A DNA stretch of 64,000 nt from the human T2T-CHM13v2.0 reference genome, Homo sapiens, in NCBI RefSeq assembly GCF_009914755.1, contig NC_060935.1; one strand, 5' to 3'. Positions 32,521 to 54,685 of this stretch are shown piece by piece. Position 1 is the first letter of the stretch, and every line of letters starts with the position of its first letter. The notes under the pieces are model-generated. The model worked only from the letters and a program-made list of their open reading frames with translations. It ran no database searches and was not told the DNA's origin. Made by a program: the position numbers and the translations under genes.

Positions 32521-33491
32521 GGTGCCCAGGCCGGAGTGCAGTGGCGTGATCTCGGCTCGCTACAACCACCACCTCCTAGCAGCCTGCCTTGGCCTTCCAA
32601 AGTGCTGAGATTGCAGCCTCTGCCCAGCCGCCACCCCGTCTGGGAAGTGAGGAGCGTCTCTGCCTGGCCGCCCATCGTCTGGGATGTGAGGAGCCCCTCC
32701 GCCCAGCAGCCGCCCCGTCTGAGAAGTGAGGAGCCCCTCAGCCCGGCAGCCACCCCATCTGAGAAGTGAGGAGCCCCTCCACCTGGCAGCCACCCCGTCT
32801 GGGAGGTGAGGAGCGTCTCCACCCGGCAGCCACCCCGTCCGGGAGGGAGGTGGGGGGTCAGCCCCCGCCAGCCAGCCACCCCGTCCGGGAGGTGGGGGGC
32901 GCCTCTGCCCGGCCGCCCCTTCTGGGAAGTGAGGAGCCCTTCTGCCCGGCCACCACGCCGTCTGGGAGGTGTACCCAACAGCTCATTGAGAATGGGCCAT
33001 GATGACAATGGCGGTTTTGTGGAATAGAAAAGGGGGAAAGGTGGGGAAAAGATTGAGAAATCGGATGGTTGCTGTGTCTGTGTAGAAAGAAGTAGACATG
33101 AGAGACTTTTCATTTTGTTCTGTACTAAGAAAAATTCTTCTGCCTTGGGACGCTGTTGATCTATGACCTTACCCCCAACCCTGTGCTCTCTGAAACATGT
33201 GCTGTGTCCACTCAGGGTTAAATGGATTAAGGGCGGTGCAAGATGTGCTTTTTTAAACAGATGCTTGAAGGCAGCATGCTCCTTAAGAGTCATCACCACT
33301 CCCTAATCTCAAGTACCCAGGGACACAAACACTGCGGAAGGCCGCAGAGTCCTCTGCCTAGGAAAACCAGAGACCTTTGTTCACTTGTTTATCTGCTGAC
33401 CCTCCCTCCACTATTGTCCTATGACCCTGCCAAATCCCCCTCTGTGAGAAACACCCAAGAATGATCAATAAAAAAAAAAAAAAAAAAAAAA
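32521..33491 (+). mobile_element. 5'-truncated SVA (partial Alu-like region, VNTR, SINE-R, poly(A))
   Basis: VNTR CCCCGTCTGGGAAGTGAGGAGC; SINE-R CAACAGCTCATTGAGAATGGGCCATG...ACACCCAAGAATGATCAATAAA(A)n. No CCCTCT hexamer and no TSD. Confidence 0.95.
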
Positions 33492-33494
33492 GAC

Positions 33495-33725
33495 AGCGGT
33501 GTGCAGCTGGAATGATGCACCTGAAGCCAAGGAATGCCGCACATTGCCAGCCACCACCCAAAACTGGAAAAGGCCAGGAAGGATTCTTCCCTAGAACCTT
33601 CAAAGGCAGCACAGCCCTGCCAACACCTGCATTCAGACTCTGGCCTCCAGAACTGTGAGAGGATGAATTTCTGTGGTTTTCAGCCACCCCAGCTTAGGAA
33701 ATGGGTTGCAGCAGACTGGGAATAA
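33495..33725 (+). mobile_element. 3' half of an MLT1 LTR
   Basis: AAGCCAAGGAATGCC...TCTGGCCTCCAGAACTGTGAGA. Confidence 0.75.
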
Positions 33726-34183
33726 GAGAGGCAGCCAGTCAGCCTCCGTGGAATTCCCAGGCAGCTTGCAGGAGCCACAGTGGGCCCTGGGCTCTGAGAA
33801 GGTCTGAGGCCCAGCAGGCGCAGGGGCCTAAACTATTTCTCAGCAAGGAGGAAGGAAGGTTCATCCAGAACGTAGATCCCCTTCCTCCTTCTCACACCTC
33901 ACAAGGTCACAGCGAGGTGGTTGGGAGGACAGCCAGGGACTTTTCACTGAGGTGTGTGGGAGACAGCTTGGCCACCCTTGGCCTCTGAAGGGAGGAGGTG
34001 GCATGAAGGAGGGCAGTTTCGGAACTTCCCAGTTCCTGCTTGATGACCTGTGTGTAAAGTATTCCTGTTTAGGTTTCAAAATCCTCTCAGAAACATAATT
34101 CTCAGAAATTCCAGGCACCCAATCCAGCTCCCTGGCCTTCCCTGAAATCTGAAGTCAAAAGGGCTGAGCCAGCCTGCCCTGGG

Positions 34184-34594
34184 TGTCAGGCCTCTGAGCT
34201 CAAGCTAAGCCATCATATCCCCTGTGACCTGCACGTACACATCCAGATGGCCGGTTCCTGCCTTAACTGATGACATTCCACCACAAAAGAAGTGAAAATG
34301 GCCTGTTCCTGCCTTAACTGATGACATTGTCTTGTGAAATTCCTTCTCCTGGCTCATCCTGGCTCAAAACCTCCCCCACTGAGTACCTTGTGACCCCCAT
34401 TCTGCCCGCCAGAGAACAACCCCCCTTTAACTGTAATTTTCCTTTACCTACCCAAATCCTATAAAATGGCCCTACCCCTATCTCCCTTCTCTGACTCTCT
34501 TTTCACTCAGCCTGCCTGCACCCATGTGAAATAAACAGCTTTATTGCTCACACAAAGCCTGTTTGGTGGTATCTTCACACGGACGCGCATGAAA
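34184..34594 (+). mobile_element. HERV-H solo LTR (LTR7 family)
   Basis: TGTCAGGCCTCTGAGC...GGACGCGCATGAAA; duplicated CCTGCCTTAACTGATGACATT; TATA box CCTATAAAA at ~34458; AATAAA at ~34529; TSD CTGGG/CTGGA. Confidence 0.93.
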
Positions 34595-35739
34595 CTGGAG
34601 TCCTCACGCCCACCAGCCCAGAGTGCTCTCTAGAGGAAGGCTACAGACACCTCCTGGCTCACTCATCCAGACGTTAGCTGTCTTGCTGAAACTCCTTTTT
34701 TCACCCTTGAAAACCACTGGAAGAATGACCAAGAACCCAGCTATCCTGAGTAAGTTCACTTAAAGAAGCAAAATCTAACATGAGTGGCAAAACGGACATT
34801 GGCACCAGGAGTGTGGGTCAGAGTCCTGCCCCTTGGAACTACATCATCACTTGTACAGTGTACCCCCCAGGCACCAAGAGACCAGGCTGAGACTCTTCAG
34901 TTGCCCTGGGCCTCTGGTCAGTGTCTTCCAGCCTGGCACACAGGCAGGCCCTCATAAAACAATGAGTGCTGAAAGTTCCAGCCTTCTTGGTGGGTTCTCA
35001 GCACCCCGTCGTGAGCCACACCCTGCCCCAGGGAAATCAGGGTCACCCTGCTGCTACCCCTAGGCCAGTGCCCCTTCTGAAGTGCCCCAGGCTGGCACCC
35101 CTATACTTAGATCTCTTCAACCTCCTCATGAAAACCTTCTTGCCCATCACCCCAGCATTCCCCGGACTGTGCTAAATGAGCAGCTGACCACACGTCAAAT
35201 CAATTTTCAGAGTTTGCCTTTGGTTTAATATTCATGGCTTATCCAAAAGATCTTGTCACCATAGCTAGATGAAAAAAATGACAAGGCTCTGGAGAAGCAG
35301 AACCACAAGATGGAGGATACCTGGGTCCCAGGTTCATGAGGAGAGGAGCTGCCTGCTCCACAGACTGGCACGTGAGTGGGAATGAAACTTTTGCTGCGTT
35401 TAGACCATTACCTTTCTTCACTCTGTCACATAGTCTACCCACGCTAAACAGAACTTGACCTCCACCAGACCGTTTACATCAAGACCTGTATGTGCAGTGC
35501 AGTGGCCTGAGCCTCCAATCCATGCCCCACCTATCAAACTGGCCTTGCCATATTCCTACTCTGAGAGTGGTATTCTGGGGACAGAAGCTCAGTGCATAGA
35601 ATTGATGAATGCGAGATCCTTCAGGCGCTTTGCACTTTGAAGTCTATCCATCCTAGCACATTCCAAGTACAAAGAAGACACTTCAGCAGTACAACCTGGC
35701 CTACACTCAGTTCAATTCCTTCTTCAAAAACCTAGGCCC

Positions 35740-36048
35740 GGCCAGGTGTGGTGGCTCACATGTGTAATCCCAACAATTTGGGAGGCTGAGGTGGGTGGAT
35801 CACCTGAGGTCAGGAGTTCGAGACCAGCCTGGCCAACATGATGAAATCCCGTCTCTTCTAAAAATACAAAAATTAGCTGGGCTTTGTGGTGGGTGCCTCA
35901 AATCCCTGCTACTCCGGACGCTGAGGCAGGAGAATCACTTGAACCCGGGAGGCGAGGTTGCAGTGAGCTGAGACTGCACCAAGGCCCTCCAGCCTGGGCG
36001 ACAGAGTGAGACACTGTCTCAAAAAATAAAGAAAGAAATAAAAATAAA
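35740..36048 (+). mobile_element. AluS
   Basis: Full dimer. Confidence 0.85.
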
Positions 36049-37356
36049 TTGAGGAAGGATTGAGCATGCAAAATAGAATCAGCCTTTGACCCTGAATACC
36101 CTGCAGTGAGAATTCCCCTGTGGTTCTCAGGCTTCTGTAATTCCAGCAAATACACTCTTCCTTCAGGTTCACTAAAATGCAGATATTGTGAGATAATGCT
36201 CATTTCTCACAGCTTGCTTGAATAATAATAATGATCATTATAGTAATTTACAACTTAATAGTCAACACTGCCTTTTTAACCCAGTCTGTGAGACTGAATC
36301 GTAAACGTGACATTCTTTGAAGCTCTCAATTAATATACCAGACTGCATAAACTCTAATAACTTACCTTTCCATGGAAAGAGAATATGTGGGTATTCTCTT
36401 TGAAGACAAATGGTGGAGAGTAGACTCTCATCAAAGACCCTCTGGCAGTAATGAGTTGCATTCGGGAAGGTTCCAGAAGGTTCTGTGGAAGGCTGCAGTT
36501 TGGGATTGGTTCTCAGGTGTCTGTCTAACTGCTTTCTAAGGATGAAGACTCCTGGTTCGTGCTTTAGCTACACCCACAGGAGCAACAGACTAAGACATTC
36601 CTCCACACCATAACAGACCCAGGCAGTGCAGAGCCATGTGGGTCTTATCTGTCTTGCTGTCCACAGTCTGGTTTTATCTTAGACCCAGCCTGGTGCAATT
36701 CATGTTGTGTATTGGCACTCCACTTAAGTTTCCTGTTTGTAAAAAGCCCCTTTCATTTGGTGATTCCTAGGGCTTTAGGGGAACTTTCTGGAAACGTGGA
36801 AGAAGGAAATAAAGGTTGTTTTGCTGAGGATGGGTTACATTGGGCGTGGGACCCAAATGAGTGGTTTGAGCAAAAAGTAGCCTCCACGCTGGACTAATGC
36901 TTGGCAACATTATGGGAAAATTTGGGGAAGCTGGGAGAGGAGGGGGCAGAGTTTCTTTCCCAGCCAGCCAGGGGGTCCAGGCAATTTTGGTCCTAGAACA
37001 TCTCTCTGTGCATTCCCAAGTAATTGCAAGGCTTCTTCTTGTCATCGTCTGAGACTTGGATTCCCCAAGCATCCTTCTTTTCCTGGAGCCTCTGAGTCCT
37101 CTATTCCTGAGGCCTTTCTTCAGCCCTCCCAATAGCCCTGCCATGATTTCATTGCAGGGCTGTGACCGTCTATGACAAGCCAGCATCTTTCTTTCAAGAG
37201 ACCTCTGGACCTGCAGCACCAACTCTTCATGAAGCTGGGCGGCACGCACTCTCCGTTCAGGGCCTGGTAGGCCTCCCATCCTCAGCTGCCTTCTCTCCTG
37301 CTTGCCAATGCCCTGTCCTCTCCCCTTCTCACTGCAGACCTGGGAACCCACTCATC

Positions 37357-37565
37357 CAGGGGTTGGCAAACTAAGGCTACAGGCCAGTCTCCTGCTTTTG
37401 TAAATCAAGTTCCATTGGAACACAACACACTCATTAACTTCTGAGTTGTCTACAGCTGCCTTTGAGCTACAACAGCAGAATCGTGTTTTGCAACAGAGAA
37501 CCTGTGGCCCGCAAAGCCTGAAGTATTTACTCTCTGGCCCTTTAAGAAATGTTTGTGGACCCCTG
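37357..37565 (+). mobile_element. MER58A (hAT-Charlie); a second, antisense copy lies at ~43520-43732
   Basis: CAGGGGTTGGCAAACT...GGACCCCTG termini. Confidence 0.8.
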
Positions 37566-38654
37566 CGCTGTCTTACTCTCCTGCCAGTGGGTTCCCAGGC
37601 CTGTGGCAGGATCTGTGGACCTGTGTGTCCCCTGGGGTGTCTCACGGGGCTAAGGAGGGGACCTTAGTGCAGGTCCACACACCCTGAGGTGTGCCCCTGG
37701 GTAAGCTGGAGTGGTGTGGGAGGGTGTCCCTGCACCCTCATCTTGAGTCCAGGGGATGATAAGACAGTAAGTCGCGTGGAGAAAAGGAATGAGTCAGTCT
37801 TGTTTGCTGTTGTAACCTTAGCACCCAGCAACAATATTAGAGAAAGCAAGCCCAGGCCTCAGATGGCAGGGGTGGCCTGGTGCTGCTGATGTGGCTGGGC
37901 ACCCCAACCTTTGGGAGCCTGCAGGCCTTGCCATGGCAGGAGATGCCCGTCCTGGGTCCCGGGCCTGCTCTGTGGCCTCTCACAGGCTTTTTTCCTGCTC
38001 TTTCATCTCAGAACCTGAGGACCCAGACACGGAGCGGTCGGCCTTCATGGAGCGGGATGCTGGGAGCGGGCTGGTGATGCGCCTCCGCGAGCGGCCAGCC
38101 CTGCTGGTCAGCAGCACAGGCTGGACAGGTCTGCACGACCCCTAGAACACTTGGGCTTGGTGTGACGGGCACCTGGCCAACCTGTGTTCTCCTCACCCCT
38201 GCCAGTCCTGCATGCCCCCACCCCGCCACAGTCTCAATGAGAAGGGGAGGGCGTGTGAGCTGGAAGAGGGGTGTCTAGAAACAGGCCCCTGACATTCAAT
38301 TCTCTTCTCATAGAGGACGAAGACTTCTCCATCTGCTGGCAGCTTTAGAAAGTAGGTGTGTAGCTGCGGTGAGGATCTATGGGCTTGTCGGGGGCCGCTG
38401 AGCTGTGAGCTGCTTGCCTGGCCTGCAGCGTGTTGCTGTCCCGGGCCACTGGGTGGGGCAGCCTGGGGACAGCGGGGGTGGTGGAGGTGGGCCGCCCTGA
38501 ATCCCCAGTTGGGTCATTCAGTGACCAGGCCCTCAGGCTGAAATGCCCCCTCCAGGAGAGTATCTCACAGAGGCTGGTGGCCTCCCCACCAGAGCAGTGC
38601 TCTTTCTCCACCTGAACAGGTGACTCTGGCTATTGTTTATTTAAAACTTTTTTT

Positions 38655-41690
<3,036 letters not shown>

Positions 41691-41887
41691 CCAAATTGTG
41701 GTTACGTAGAAAAAGTGTCAACTTACATTTTCAGATGTCCCAGCCAGGCCATGTGGCTGCTTGGCCAGCTTAAGCCACTTGTGCTTGGGGCTGTCGGGGG
41801 ACTTATCCGATTTTCACTCCCCTCGGGGGATGTTGCCTCACTGTGCTGGGAGGATTTGTGTTCCCAGGGCAGAGACCAGCGCTCTGA

Positions 41888-42109
<222 letters not shown>

Positions 42110-42231
42110 TGAGGCCCTGCTCCTGGGTCAGTCCAGCACACACTGGAGGCCACGAGGAGGAGCCCTGCGGTTACTGTGTCTGGGCTGAGCCTCACTGAAG
42201 TAGTTGCTTCCATTTAGAGCTCATGTTATAT

Positions 42232-42301
42232 TTAGGTTGATACAAAAGTAATCACGGTTTTTGCCATTAAAGATGGCAATTACTTTTGCACCAACCTAAT
42301 A
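42232..42301. mobile_element. MADE1 mariner MITE
   Basis: TTAGGTTGATACAAAAGTAAT...ATTACTTTTGCACCAACCTAA inverted repeats. Confidence 0.8.
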
Positions 42302-44072
42302 TGAAAAAAAAGCATCTTAAATACTGGAACTCCACTCGGGGCTTTTGCTCCTAGAGTAGAATTGGCGGGAATTGCCTGCAGGCTTACATGGTTTTCTTTG
42401 TTTCTTTCTCTCCCACCATGTCCTGTTTGGCCAAGCTCACGTGCTGGGTTTGAATGAGTTAAATGAGTGTCGTGCTGTGGCCTCACTGCACCCAGCGTAG
42501 ACGGGCATTTGGAAGGGCGGTGTTAGAGGAGATTCTAGAAGCAGTAGCCCCAGCACAAGCTGAGCCCTTGGCCCCTGCTCAGGAGCCGGCTCCTGGATGG
42601 GAGTCAGGGATGTGAGCCCCTCGTGTGAGCTGAGCTCAGGGAATGTCGGGATCAAACCTGGTGCCCTAGAAAAGTCATCTTTTATGTGCTGAGCCAGTCC
42701 CCAGGGTGTTGCCTTTACTTGTTCCATGGCCATGGAATTAAGCAAAACATGCAAAAATAATTCTTCAGTCCTTGAAGAGCATCCAGCACAGAAGGTAGAA
42801 ACCCTCCTTAAGGCTCCCTCCTCAAATCGGTTTGGCCATTTCGATGTGCACCCCCCCAGGCCTTTATACCCTTCAGATGCCAAATCTAAGAACCAGCTCC
42901 CAGAAACCACACCCCCTGTTCCAACCCCCAGCCTGGCTTGAGCATGGGTTGTTGGGGGGAGCCCAGGTGGGCACCCCAGGGGTCTGGTGTCTTCTCCAGG
43001 CAGCTCTCAGGCTCCCTTGGTTCTCTCTGCAGTTTACATGAGCTGGTGAAACATGAAGAAAATGGCCTGGTCTTTGAGGACTCAGAGGAACTGGCAGCTC
43101 AGCTGCAGGTAGCCACATCTGCCACCACGCCAGGGTGGGGAGGGTTCTGGAGGCTGGCACCGAGCCACGCTCCCTGATCCCTGCTTCCCACAGCCAGGGT
43201 GGGACCATGTGGGGTCTGGCGGAAAAGCTAGGGAGGGAGCAGAGGTCACAGAGTCCGGCCCACTCTGCTGTCCCGTTTCGGTACAGTAAGCTCGGGAAAG
43301 TTAGGACACACCCCCACCTGCCCTCTGGATTTATGGAGCTGACATTCCACAAATGATGCTGGAGCCGGGTGGGCCGGGCTGCAGTTTAGGAAGTGATCAG
43401 GGTCAGGTAGGTGCGTGGGCAAAGGGAGCTTCTGGGACCAGCCTTGAAAGATGGGTGGAATTCTGCAAAGGTTACTTGTTTCTTATTGCTAAAAGTAATA
43501 CATCATTCTTGCCAACAGAATGATTGGCAGGATTTTCAGTAAAGGTCCAGGTCAGAAGTCATTTAGACTGGGTCCCCCAGTCTCTGTCAGAACCATGGTA
43601 CTCTGTTGTGGTGTGAAAGTAGCCACAGATCATCTGTCGATTAAGGGGTGTGGCTTTGTTCGAATAAAACTTTATTTACAAACACAGGCTGTGGGCTGGA
43701 TTTGGCCTGCAGGCTGTAGTTTGTGATCCTTGATTCAGACAGTTTAGCAAGGCTGAAAAGAACACCGACACCCCCTTGTTACCCACAGATGGGTGGGACT
43801 TGGCCGGAGGCCAAGAGGAGGGTGCTCGCAGGGGAACATACAGCATGTAGAGGCCAGGAGGTGCTCCAGGGCACCAAGTGTGGGAAAGTGGGACATACGG
43901 GGAAGTTTCCAGAAAGCATGATGTCAAGTTGGAGGCAGAGCGCTGCTGGGGCATGAAGAGTCTCGAGTCCAAGTGAGGGAGTTAGGAACTTGGGAGGGGT
44001 TGTTGTTGGGTAGGGGACCTGGGGTCAGCCAGGTGGTGACATGGGATGGGGTGGGGACAGGCAATGAGGTAA

Positions 44073-44183
<111 letters not shown>

Positions 44184-44614
44184 TAGAGCTGGGTGCAGAC
44201 TGTGCTCCCTTTGGTTATGGACACATAACTCCTGGGCCAGAGGCTAAAACCCCGGGACCCCTGCTGTCCTTCCCACAGCTTCTTCTCAGAGTCTCAGGGC
44301 AAATCCTTTCGAGCAGCGCCTCCCAGTGGCCAGAAGCTGAAATGATGGCAGTAGTGCCACCTGGTGAATGAATTGGTTCTGTGACCCGGGAAGCTGTGCT
44401 TGGCTCTGATTTCTTTTCTGGAGGCTCGGAAACACTTCCTCTCTTCTTCTGTTCTTCACGCCCCATGCCCCTGCTAGCGTATTACTGTTCTGTGACTTCC
44501 CTGTGACCTCTGCAGTACTCCTCATCCTGCGTTTGGTCTCCAGGTGTCACCTTTCTGCCGTGTTCCTAACATTTTGATTCCTGTCTTGAAAAAAGCACCT
44601 GCTGCACCATAAGC

Positions 44615-45450
44615 CCAGGGATGTGGCAGCTGCAGCGGGCTTGGCTTTGTGAAGAACCGAGTGTGTCCAGGGATGTGGCAGCTGCAGCGGGCTTGGCTTT
44701 GTGAAGAACCGAGTGTGTCCAGGGATGTGGCAGCTGCAGTGGGCTTGGCTTTGTGAGGAATCGAGTGTGTCCACCGATGTGGCAGCTGCAGCGGGCTTGG
44801 CTTTGTGAAGAACCGAGTGTGTCCACCGATGTGACAGCTGCAGCGGGCTTGGCTTTGTGAAGAACCGAGTGTGTCCACCGATGTGGCAGCTGCAGCGGGC
44901 TTGGCTTTGTGAGGAACCGAGTGTGTCCAGGGATGTGGCAGCTGCAGCGGGCTTGGCTTTGTGAGGAACCGAGTGTGTCCAGGGATGTGGCAGCTGCAGC
45001 GGGCTTGGCTTTGTGAAGAACCGAGTGTGTCCAGGGATGTGGCAGCTGCAGCGGGCTTGGCTTTGTGAAGAACCGAGTGTGTCCAGGGATGTGGCAGCTG
45101 CAGTGGGCTTGGCTTTGTGAGGAATCGAGTGTGTCCACCGATGTGGCAGCTGCAGCGGGCTTGGCTTTGTGAAGAACCGAGTGTGTCCACCGATGTGGCA
45201 GCTGCAGCGGGCTTGGCTTTGTGAGGAACCGAGTGTGTCCAGGGATGTGGCAGCTGCAGTGGGCTTGGCTTTGTGAGGAACCGAGTGTGTCCAGGGATGT
45301 GGCAGCTGCAGCGGGCTTGGCTTTGTGAGGAACCGAGTGTGTCCACCGATGTGGCAGCTGCAGCGGGCTTGGCTTTGTGAGGAACCGAGTGTGTTCACAG
45401 ATGTGGCAGCTGCAGCGGGCTTGGCTTTGTGAGGAACCGAGTGTGTCCAC
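44615..45450. repeat. 52-bp VNTR GATGTGGCAGCTGCAGCGGGCTTGGCTTTGTGAGGAACCGAGTGTGTCCAGG, about 16 near-identical copies
   Basis: Period 52 (ATG at 44621, 44673 and onward); only a few variable positions (GAGG/GAAG, CAGG/CACC, GCG/GTG). Confidence 0.98.
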
Positions 45451-45483
45451 GTTGGGGGGAACATCATACTTGATACACACGTT

Positions 45484-45489
45484 TTTATT
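45484..45489 (-). terminator. AATAAA poly(A) signal of the FAM86 pseudogene
   Basis: TTTATT on the + strand, about 270 nt past the FAM86 stop codon. Confidence 0.6.
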
Positions 45490-46194
45490 TGCACAAAGAA
45501 AATGCTATTTTTGGAGCCAGAGTTTTCATGTCTGATTGATGGCGATTTTCTTAAGAACCAGAACTGCTGGCAGAAAGGGAGCACCCACAAGCTTAGATAG
45601 CCGATGTCTTATCAGAGGGCAGTTTGTGGTTCCTGATTTGGAAATTAACATTCTCCAAACATTCCAGTCCAATGAAAGTTTTATCCGCTTTCCCATATAA
45701 AAACTCTTCCCACGAGAGTGACTTGATTCTCACAATCCCGTTGGAGTCGTGTGTGAGTCCTACAGTGTGAGGTTCAGCATTGCCATCTCCAAGTGCTCTT
45801 CGTAGGGAAACAGTTTCTGGTCATGACGAGGTTCCACTTCCCATCTGATCCCGGCCCGGCCTGGAAACAGAGGACATGTGTTTGAAGATGGCAGTGTTTG
45901 GGGACAGGACATGAGCGTATTGTGTGGGGCTGCTAGGACAGGCCTGGCGGGGTGGGGGCGTGTACAAGTCAGTTTACTTGGTTCACAGGTTCTCAGGCCC
46001 ACCCAGGTGCCTAGAATTGGCCTCCAGGATGGGACCAGAAATCTGGTTTTGCATAGAAATGGCTAGCAGCAGGCACCGTGCCGCTGTCCAGTCTCTGCCC
46101 GCGTCTGCCCAGCACTTGGCACAGCGGGACAGACGCAGAGATCTGAACCCACACTTACCTGGCTGCTCAGTCAACTCACTCTTCACAAAGCTTA

Positions 46195-48400
<2,206 letters not shown>

Positions 48401-51099
48401 GCCAGCCTCCTGTGCGAGGTTGTGCAGGACTTTGTCGTGGAACCCAGTATGCCTTCGTGTGCTGGCTTGTTTGTTGGCTCTGTAGTTAACGTGCTGCCCC
48501 ACGTGGACAGGCATTGGACCCACGTCTCTGTGTGCAGGCAGAGGCTGCTGCGCGTGCATCTGTGCACATGGCTGCCAGGAGGGGCTGTGCTCAGGGTGAG
48601 CTGGGGCAAAGGCTGGTGGCAATGGGGGGCTTGGGTGTAGTGTGGAGGCACGAGAGCCAGGTGGCCGAGCTGCAGTCTGTGGGAGCTCAGGGGTTGCTTG
48701 GCCTCTGTGTGTCCTAGTGTCTTTGTCGGTGAGATGGGACAATGATAGCACACTCTCACAGGTGCTGGGGGCTGACAAATGTCAGGTCTGAGGACAGTGG
48801 CTGGCCCACTACGGGGACAATTCCCCTTCTCTATAGTCACCCTGCTCGTCTTCCATCAACTGGGTGCTCAGGACAGTGGCGTGGTGGATCCGCCTGTACA
48901 GCCTGTGCTCCAGCGTCCTGCAGGCCACAGCTGTGTCCAGCCCTGACCCCGACTGCCCCTCCCACCACCTCCATTTTATAGATGAGGAAACCGACGCCCA
49001 AGGGCTTAGGGAACCCTGCTCTGAAGCACACAGTAGGGCTGCTGGGCTCAGATCCTCCCTCCCTGTGCTGAGCTGCCCTCCTCCTGCCGCAAGCTCCCAC
49101 GCCCCAGGCCCACCCTGCTCACCGGCCTCTGCCCTAGTTCCCCGCATGGTGTGGGAGTGTGGGGCTTCCTAGCTTTTCCTCGGCCCCCAGTTCTTTCACT
49201 TCCACTGGAGTCCCGCAGGGACAGCTCGGGGACCATGCAGGCCCGGGTGGGCGTGTGGGCTCACATAGCTCGGTGGTGAACAGCTGGCACGTCTCTGGGT
49301 TGCGGACGGTAAGGGCCACATAGACTTGAGGAGCCCGCTGGTGCTCCCGGTAGGCAGCCAGCCTCCGCAGGACCGCGACCAGCGACACGATGGATTCTGG
49401 GCAATACAGCACGTCTACGGTGAAAGCTTCAGGTTACTGAAAGGGACCAGCGGACAGTTCCAGGTCATGCTGACCTCAGCAGCAGGGCGAGGCCAGAGAG
49501 GCAGCAGTCATATGAGACTAGTAGATGCCATTTGACCATTTGGGCCATTAGATGGAAAGGCAATTGCTTGGGTGAAAAAGGAGAACCCTTAGTAGAGAAA
49601 GCTGCAAAAGACCGAAGCAAAAGAAAAAAATCTCCAGACTCACTGGTGTTCCTTAAAAAACGAGCTCTGGTTCTCGGCCTATCTAGAGGGCTGTGAATGA
49701 CACAAAGCCTGACCCTGCCATGAACTTCGTGTTTCAGGTGTCTGCCGATTTGTCTGCTGGCTTGCAGGGGTGGGCCTGTGTCCCTGGCCACCGCTGGACC
49801 TGTGGGTTTCAGGGCTGGGACCCAGGACCACAGGCAGAGCTCTGTTCGACCAGAGAGGAGACCGAGTGTGCTGGCAGGGGTGAGGGGTTTTCGGTGGCCC
49901 AGCCAAACACCACTTTCTCTCAAGGGCCCTGTCCTCATCCCAGAAGTGGTGGTTTTCCTCCTGTGGTCTCTGAAAGACAGAGGCATGGCTCTGGGACAGA
50001 GCCATGTGGTGATGACTGTAATGGGAGTATGCCTGTCTCCAACAAGAGGGCTGTGGCTGGAAGGTCACCTTAAGAGGCACCCCTGTCCTTTGATGTCACC
50101 CTGGAGGCCCAGAGTAACTCTTCTGGAAGCCCCATCATGTCCATGCCCGACAGCGTCCATTGTTCCCTTTTCCCAGAGCCCAGAGCTGGGTAGAGCTGCA
50201 AGGACACCGCCTGCACAGAGTGCCCGGGGCTGGGCATTGCCTGCTGCAATGACAACATCTGGCTGGATGGCAGAGAGCTGATGGACCGTCGCGACGTCCC
50301 AGTCCAGCTGGGCCACTGTCACCCTGGGGCTGTCTAAGTTGGCAGAGATGTCTGCCTCTAATGAGAGGCCATTGAGAAGGACATTCCCTCGGAGCTTCTC
50401 GAGGACCTGGCTGTGACAGTCGCTGAAGATGTATGCCTGGAGGCGGCACATCTTGCAGATGGCCAGGCCTGTGAGGCTGGCGCCACTGCCAAGCTCTAGG
50501 ACAGTCCTGGCGGGAGGAAAGGGGACCATGTCTGTGACTGCACCAGGGTGAGCCTGCCTCGGTGTCCTGCCGTGCGCCCCGAGGTCACCTATGAGAGAAG
50601 GCTGCCGGGTTCTCGATGGCCCATTCTGCCAGGTAGAGGGCAGCTTCTCATGTGACCAGGCCTGTGATGCCGTGGGAGATGATGGCTGTGCTCTCGGAGA
50701 GTGTGACTGAGCCTCCCGAGGGCTGCACCAAGAGAGGGCGAGAGAGTCAGTCCAGCAATCAGAAGGCAAGTGGCTTAGAAGACAAGTAGCCATCCACCAC
50801 ATGGCTGAATAAACCATGACAGGACCAATCGCCACTCAGCAATGAGAAGCAGCTAACTGTTGACATGCCAACAGCTTGAACGGGCCTCAAGGGTGTCACG
50901 TGGCATGAAAGACACTCATCTCAGGCCACACAGGATTCCATTCATCGAACATTCCTGAGACAACGGAATTCTGGTGATGGAGCACAGGTCAGTGGTGGCC
51001 AGGGGCCAGGTGTGGCTATGAAGGGGTGGCTGCCTTGTGATGATTCAATATGCTATGTTTTTCCTTTGTGGTTTTCTGTATCTATGTTTTATCTTATTT

Positions 51100-54685
<3,586 letters not shown>

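Noticed and set aside
32502-33299. 265-aa minus-strand ORF
   Set aside because: Antisense translation of the SVA VNTR and SINE-R.
44522-45590. Three long minus-strand ORFs (274-347 aa) as a protein-coding gene
   Set aside because: They arise from a stop-free 52-bp unit, all three frames give the same permuted peptide, and they lie mostly beyond the FAM86 poly(A) signal.
50065-50835. 256-aa ORF as an intact methyltransferase
   Set aside because: Only FAM86 exon 6 is in the true frame. The rest is intron or off-frame exon 5, and exon 5 has a TGA in its own frame.
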